Source: Candidatus Latescibacterota bacterium
GTDB lineage: Bacteria; Krumholzibacteriota; Krumholzibacteriia; WVZY01; JAKEHA01
Assembly: GCA_963761125.1 (NCBI GenBank)
Contig: CAVXFV010000007.1
Location: 146,786-210,785 of the forward strand
DNA length: 64,000 nucleotides
Reading direction: 5' to 3'
Shown: in pieces, positions 58,977 through 64,000 of the stretch
Layout of the letters: each line of letters begins with the position of its first letter
How positions within the stretch are numbered: position 1 is the stretch's first letter
Program-made: the position numbers and the translations under genes
The notes under the pieces: generated by a model
What the model was told of the DNA's origin: nothing
Database searches by the model: none
Seen by the model: only the letters and a program-made list of their open reading frames with translations

Positions 58977-60605
58977 ATGAAATACATATTCATCACCGGT
59001 GGTGTGGTCTCGTCCCTCGGTAAGGGCATCGCGGCGGCGTCGATCGGTCTGCTTCTCAAACAGCGCGGTCTGCGCGTCGTCATCCAGAAATTCGACCCCT
59101 ATCTCAACGTCGATCCGGGGACGATGAGCCCGTTTCAGCACGGCGAGGTCTTCGTCACCGACGACGGCGGCGAGACCGACCTCGACCTCGGTCACTATGA
59201 ACGGTTTCTCGATCAGAATCTCACGCGCGACAACAGCGTCACGGCCGGCAAGGTGTATCAGGCCGTCATCGAGCGCGAGCGCGCCGGCGGATACCTGGGC
59301 AAGACCGTCCAGGTGGTCCCGCATATCACCGACGAGATCAAGACGCGCGTGCGCGCGGCGGGCGTAAACGGTGACGTCGACGTCATCATCACGGAAATCG
59401 GCGGAACGACGGGCGATATCGAAGGGCTGCCGTTCCTCGAGGCCTGTCGCCAGATGCGCCACGAAGAGGGTGCGGACAACTGCCTGTTCATCCATCTGGT
59501 CCTGGTGCCCTACATCAAGGCCGCCAAGGAGATCAAGACCAAGCCGACGCAGCACAGCGTCAAGGGTCTGCTCGAGATCGGCATTCAGCCCGACATCCTG
59601 CTGTGCCGCACCGAGGTCCCCCTCGGGCCGGAAATCCGCGACAAGATCGCGCTGTTCTGTAACGTGCGCGAGCGCGCGGTGATCGAGGCGCGCGACGTCG
59701 CGTCGATCTATCACGTGCCGCTGCATTTCCATCGCGAGGGTCTGGACGATATCATTCTCAAGACGCTGCACCTCGAGGCGGCCGAGCCGAATCTCGAAGA
59801 GTGGGAGCGCATGATCCAGCGCATGACCGCGATCGAAGACGAAGTCAAGATCGCGGTGGTCGGTAAGTACGTGCAGATACAGGACGCGTACAAGTCGATC
59901 ATCGAAGCTTTCACGCACGCAGGCGTTCAGAACGACGTCCATGTGACTGTGCAGTGGGTGGACGCCGAAGACGTGGAGAAACTGGGAGCGGAGGAAGCCC
60001 TTCGCGGGGTCGGCGGCATTCTGGTGCCGGGCGGATTCGGCGAACGCGGCATCACCGGCAAGATGGAAGCGATCCGCTACGCGCGCGAGAACGACATCCC
60101 GTTCCTCGGGATCTGTCTCGGACTCCAGTGCGCGGTGATCGAGTTCGCGCGAGACGTGTGCGGCATCAAGGATGCGCTCAGCAGCGAGTTCAGTCCCAAC
60201 TGTCCGAACCCGGTGATCGACCTGATGGAAGGCCAGTCGCATGGCGGACAGAAGGGCGGCACGATGCGCCTGGGGGCGTATCCGTGCGTAATCAAGAAAG
60301 GGACGCTGGCGGAAGAACTGTACGGGGTGGGCGAGATCAGCGAGCGCCACCGTCACCGCTGGGAAGTGAACAACGAGTACCGCGAGGTGCTCGAACGCAA
60401 CGGGCTCTCGGTGTCCGGAACCTCGCCGGACGGCAGCCTGGTCGAGATCGTCGAAATCGGCGATCACCCGTATTTCATCGCGTCCCAGTTCCATCCGGAA
60501 TTGAAGAGCCGCCCCAACCGGCCGCATCCCTTGTTCTTCGGTCTGGTCCGCGCGGCCAAGTCGCAAAAGAACTCACACTCCTCCGCCCGCCAGATGAGCG
60601 CATAG
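58977..60605 (+). CDS. pyrG: CTP synthase
   Basis: [35 protein letters not shown]. Confidence 0.98.
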   Translation: MKYIFITGGVVSSLGKGIAAASIGLLLKQRGLRVVIQKFDPYLNVDPGTMSPFQHGEVFVTDDGGETDLDLGHYERFLDQNLTRDNSVTAGKVYQAVIERERAGGYLGKTVQVVPHITDEIKTRVRAAGVNGDVDVIITEIGGTTGDIEGLPFLEACRQMRHEEGADNCLFIHLVLVPYIKAAKEIKTKPTQHSVKGLLEIGIQPDILLCRTEVPLGPEIRDKIALFCNVRERAVIEARDVASIYHVPLHFHREGLDDIILKTLHLEAAEPNLEEWERMIQRMTAIEDEVKIAVVGKYVQIQDAYKSIIEAFTHAGVQNDVHVTVQWVDAEDVEKLGAEEALRGVGGILVPGGFGERGITGKMEAIRYARENDIPFLGICLGLQCAVIEFARDVCGIKDALSSEFSPNCPNPVIDLMEGQSHGGQKGGTMRLGAYPCVIKKGTLAEELYGVGEISERHRHRWEVNNEYREVLERNGLSVSGTSPDGSLVEIVEIGDHPYFIASQFHPELKSRPNRPHPLFFGLVRAAKSQKNSHSSARQMSA

Positions 60606-60627
60606 CTCGAGTGCGGGGAGGTCTCCC

Positions 60628-61458
60628 GTGACCGCGACGGCATCCATCGGTTCGATTCGCGTTGGCGACGGCGCCCGGCCGTTGCTGATCGCCGGCCCGT
60701 GCGTGATCGAATCGGCGGATCTGGTGCTGTCGCTCGCCGACGCCATCGCGAAACTTCCCGCGACGCGCAAGTTTCAGTTCGTGTTCAAGGCGAGCTATCT
60801 CAAGGACAATCGAAGTTCGGGGGATAGCTTCCGCGGTCCCGGGATCGACGAAGGACTCCGGATCCTGGAAGACGTGCGCGCGAAGACCGGCGCCCCGGTC
60901 CTCTCCGACGTACACACCGTTGCCGAGGTGCTGCAGGCAGCCCGTGTGCTCGACGTCATCCAGATTCCCGCGTTCCTCTGCCGGCAGTCGAGCCTGATCG
61001 AGGCGGCCGGCGCCAGCGGCAAACCGGTGAACGTGAAGAAGGGCCAGTTCATGGCGCCCGAGGACATGGGCAACGTGGTCGGAAAACTCCGTGCGGCCGG
61101 CGCGGAGGACGTGCTGCTCACCGAACGCGGGACGTCATTCGGTTATCACGATCTCGTGGTCGACTTCCGGGGATTCGCGCGCATGCGCGCGACCGGCGCG
61201 CCGGTGATCTACGACGTGACCCACAGTCTGCAGCGCCCGGGTCGCCTGGGCAACAAGTCCGGCGGCGAACCCGCGCTGGCGGCGATGATGGCGCGCGCGG
61301 CCGCCGCGATTCCCGTCGACGGGTTCTTCATCGAGACCCATCCGGACCCGTCGAAGGCGCTGTCCGACGCGGCATCGATGCTGCCGTTCGACCAGCTCTC
61401 TTCGTTACTGGAACAGGTGGCGCGGGTGTGGTCGGAAGCGCAGCCGGAGGCACAATGA
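60628..61458 (+). CDS. kdsA: KDO 8-phosphate synthase
   Basis: IAGPCVIE, KDNRSS, QIPAFLCRQ, KKGQF, DVTHS. Confidence 0.96.
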   Translation: MTATASIGSIRVGDGARPLLIAGPCVIESADLVLSLADAIAKLPATRKFQFVFKASYLKDNRSSGDSFRGPGIDEGLRILEDVRAKTGAPVLSDVHTVAEVLQAARVLDVIQIPAFLCRQSSLIEAAGASGKPVNVKKGQFMAPEDMGNVVGKLRAAGAEDVLLTERGTSFGYHDLVVDFRGFARMRATGAPVIYDVTHSLQRPGRLGNKSGGEPALAAMMARAAAAIPVDGFFIETHPDPSKALSDAASMLPFDQLSSLLEQVARVWSEAQPEAQ

Positions 61459-62468
61459 AACCGAAGAGCACAGATTCTCCCCGCGACCTCGATTCGGTGC
61501 TGGCACCTGCGCGCCGCGTGATCGACGAGGAGATCGCGGGGCTGGAGTCGCTGCGCGATCACCTGGACCCGACGCTTGCGGTCGCGGTCGACGCCATCAT
61601 GACCTGCCGCGGACGATTGATCGTGTCCGGTGTCGGTAAGTCGGGTCAGATCGCCAAGAAGATCGCGAGCACGCTGACGAGCACCGGGACGCCGAGTTTC
61701 TACGTGCACGCCTTCGAGGCGAGCCACGGCGACCTCGGCCTGGTGCACCCGGACGACGTCGTGATCATTGTGTCCAAGAGCGGAATGGGCGACGAGCTGC
61801 GCAGCTTCATTCCGGCGCTCAAGAAACTCGGCGTGACGATCATCGCGATGACCGCGTCGCGAAGCAGCTATCTCGCGCAACACAGCGATATCATGCTGGA
61901 GTTCGACGGGTCCAAAGAGGCCGGCTGCCTGGGTCTGGCGCCTACCACGAGCGCCACCGTCTCCCTCGTACTCGGCCACGTGCTTGCTAGCGCGCTGGTC
62001 GAGCGGCGGGGATTCACACGGGAAGAATTCGCGCGCACGCACCCGGGTGGCATGCTCGGCAAGCGCCTGACGCTGACCGTGGGCGAAGTGATGCGGACCG
62101 GCAACGCGATGCCGCTGGTCACCGAGAAGACCTCGCTGCGCGACGCGCTCTTCGAGACCATGGAGAAGAGCATCGGCTGCACCGGCGTGGTCGATGACAC
62201 CGGCGCGCTCACCGGCATCGTCACCGACGGCGACATCAAACGGATCATTACGCGTCGCGACGACGCCCTCGACGTTCCCGTCGGCGATGTGATGACGCGC
62301 AATCCCAAGACGATCGACGCGGACGTACTCGCGGCCGATGCGATGGCGCGCATGGAACTGAACATGCCCGGGCCGCTGCTCATGCTCTTCATCGTCGACG
62401 CCGACCGCAAACCCGTCGGCCTTCTTCATCTCCACGACGTGCTCCGCGCCGGACTCCGCGCGGAGTGA
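61455..62468 (+). CDS. kdsD: arabinose-5-phosphate isomerase (KpsF/GutQ family, SIS + CBS)
   Basis: SGVGKSG, HGDLG, APTTS, HPGG, CBS pair. Confidence 0.93.
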   Translation: MKPKSTDSPRDLDSVLAPARRVIDEEIAGLESLRDHLDPTLAVAVDAIMTCRGRLIVSGVGKSGQIAKKIASTLTSTGTPSFYVHAFEASHGDLGLVHPDDVVIIVSKSGMGDELRSFIPALKKLGVTIIAMTASRSSYLAQHSDIMLEFDGSKEAGCLGLAPTTSATVSLVLGHVLASALVERRGFTREEFARTHPGGMLGKRLTLTVGEVMRTGNAMPLVTEKTSLRDALFETMEKSIGCTGVVDDTGALTGIVTDGDIKRIITRRDDALDVPVGDVMTRNPKTIDADVLAADAMARMELNMPGPLLMLFIVDADRKPVGLLHLHDVLRAGLRAE

Positions 62469-62500
62469 TAACTCCCCAAAGTTCCTCAAAATACCTCGTT

Positions 62501-62516
62501 TGGCACAAGGGTTGCT
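62501..62516 (+). promoter_or_regulatory. sigma54 -24/-12 site
   Basis: TGGCAC-AAGGG-TTGCT matches the consensus. Confidence 0.7.
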
Positions 62517-62544
62517 TGACAGCCGCCAAGGGGTGTGCTAAGTA
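62516..62544 (+). promoter_or_regulatory. sigma70-type promoter abutting the sigma54 site
   Basis: TTGACA-N17-TAAGTA with an extended -10 TG. Confidence 0.5.
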
Positions 62545-62595
62545 GTTTAATGCGAATGATTTTGACCGTCCGGGACGTGCCCGGGCGGATGGATT

Positions 62596-63558
62596 TTGAG
62601 CACAACCCCGGGTGTAGAGGTGGTGCGGACGCGGAAGAAAATCAAACGGGCCGCGGAAGTCGTCGCGGTCGAAAGCCTGCTGGCCGTCGCCCGACTGATG
62701 CCGCGGCGACTGGGCCAGTCGGTGTTCGCGGAAATCGGCGCGTTCGCCGCGCGGATCTTCGCGAAGGATCGTCGGCGCGCCATCGATAATCTCGGCGTCG
62801 CGTTTCCCGACACACCGGAACCGATCCGGCGCGCGCTGGCGACGGCGTCGTTCAAGGCCCTGGGGCGAAACATATACGAATTCTTGCGACTCGCCGGCGC
62901 GTCGCCGGAGACGCTGGGCAAGCGAGTCGCGCGCATCGAGGGAATGGAAAACTTCCTCGAGGCGCATCGCGAGGGACACGGCGTCATCGTGATGACCGGC
63001 CACATCGGGTGCTGGGAAATCATGCCGGCGCATTTCGTGGGAATCGGGTTTCCGGTGTCGGTGATCGCGCGGCGGATGAAAGTTCCGCGCCTCAACGATC
63101 GCCTGGTCCAGATTCGAAAGTCGGTGGGCGTGGTCACGATCGACCGCGACGACAACCCCCGGCGGATGTTCGAACCCCTGCGACGCGGCGAAATCCTGGG
63201 TGTACTGATCGATCAGCACACCAGCGTGGCGGGAATCTGGGTGCCGTTCTTCAACCGCGCGGCGTACACGCCGACGGCGGTGGCGAAGATCGCGCTCGCG
63301 TCGAAATCGCCTATCGTGCCGATGGCGGTGTATCTCGAGCGCGACGGGCGGCACGTGATCCGGGTGCTCCCCGCGATCCGCCCGCGCGACGGAATGGGCC
63401 GGGACGAAGCGGTTCGCGATATCACCACCGCGTGTTCGCTCGCGGTCGAGCAACTGATTCGGTTCGACCCCAAGCAGTGGGTCTGGTTTCATCACCGCTG
63501 GCGCGAGCCCGAAAAGCGCGAGGCGGGAGTCGAGGCGGCATATGCGGCGGAGGCTTGA
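62596..63558 (+). CDS. lipid A late acyltransferase (LpxL/HtrB family)
   Basis: TGHIGCWE (HxxxxE), LIDQ, VPFF, PKQWVWFHHRW. Start TTG 62596 or GTG near 62620. Confidence 0.9.
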   Translation: MSTTPGVEVVRTRKKIKRAAEVVAVESLLAVARLMPRRLGQSVFAEIGAFAARIFAKDRRRAIDNLGVAFPDTPEPIRRALATASFKALGRNIYEFLRLAGASPETLGKRVARIEGMENFLEAHREGHGVIVMTGHIGCWEIMPAHFVGIGFPVSVIARRMKVPRLNDRLVQIRKSVGVVTIDRDDNPRRMFEPLRRGEILGVLIDQHTSVAGIWVPFFNRAAYTPTAVAKIALASKSPIVPMAVYLERDGRHVIRVLPAIRPRDGMGRDEAVRDITTACSLAVEQLIRFDPKQWVWFHHRWREPEKREAGVEAAYAAEA

Positions 63559-64000
63559 GGGTCCCGGGGGATGGGTTCTGATCGCGGTGGTGGTGGCGGT
63601 GCTGGCCTCGTGCCAGAAGAAGTCCGCCGACGAGACGCCGATGCAGACGTCCCAGATACCGGACGAAACCGTCATCGACTTTCAGACCCAGGAGTCCGAC
63701 AGCGGGCGGGTGCGATGGACGCTCCACGCACCGCACGCCGACCGATTCAACGCGAAGAACGTGTTTGTGATGAACGACCCGAGAATCGAATTCTACGACA
63801 AGATGGGCAACCTGCAGACGACACTCACCGCGGACAACGGCGACTATTCGCTGGTGACCCACGATATGCTCGCCTACGGTAATGTCGTCGCGGTAACCTT
63901 CAAGGGCGAGATCCTGGAGACGGACAGTCTCCGCTACCTGAACGACACGGACAAGATCGTGAGCGACGGATTCGTCAAGATCACGCGCGGCAAGGACGTC
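63542..64000 (+). CDS. lptC: LPS export protein LptC, truncated by window edge
   Basis: Own translation: MRRRLEGPGGWVLIAVVVAVLASCQKK...GRVRWTLHA..PRIEFYD..TLTADNG..AYGNVV..LETDSLRY..IVSDGFV; position after kdsD. Confidence 0.85.
   Translation, partial: MRRRLEGPGGWVLIAVVVAVLASCQKKSADETPMQTSQIPDETVIDFQTQESDSGRVRWTLHAPHADRFNAKNVFVMNDPRIEFYDKMGNLQTTLTADNGDYSLVTHDMLAYGNVVAVTFKGEILETDSLRYLNDTDKIVSDGFVKITRGKDV

Overview
High-GC (by eye roughly two-thirds G+C) diderm bacterial chromosome segment. The gene style and content (lipoprotein LptC, peptidase-PD40-Omp85 fusion, tricorn protease, HEAT-cyclophilin) suggest an FCB-related candidate phylum such as Krumholzibacteriota/Latescibacterota; this is inference only. 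About 52 CDS. Housekeeping blocks: mgtE-lnt-panD-alaX, ecfT-truA-fsa-htrA-purB-purL-purQ-(purS-like)-purF-rng, rplU-rpmA-kdsB-pyrG-kdsA-kdsD-lpxL-lptC. These are interleaved with many secreted peptidases and lipoproteins and two sigma54 activators. Several genes carry single-base frameshifts, densest at 38.9-43.5 kb, which look like long-read consensus errors. No tRNA, rRNA, CRISPR array or intact transposase was seen. Most notable: (1) a tandem pair of membrane-spanning XRE regulators with extracytoplasmic FG-GAP/Ca-binding sensor domains; (2) a structured, terminator-ended candidate sRNA with repeated UCCCC motifs divergent from a LysR gene; (3) a deleted HNH element carrying two copies of a 19-bp palindrome; (4) a single-chain tandem PurS-like protein; (5) several sigma54 -24/-12 sites, one overlapping a sigma70 promoter of the lpxL-lptC operon; (6) genes that keep both termini but lack the middle.
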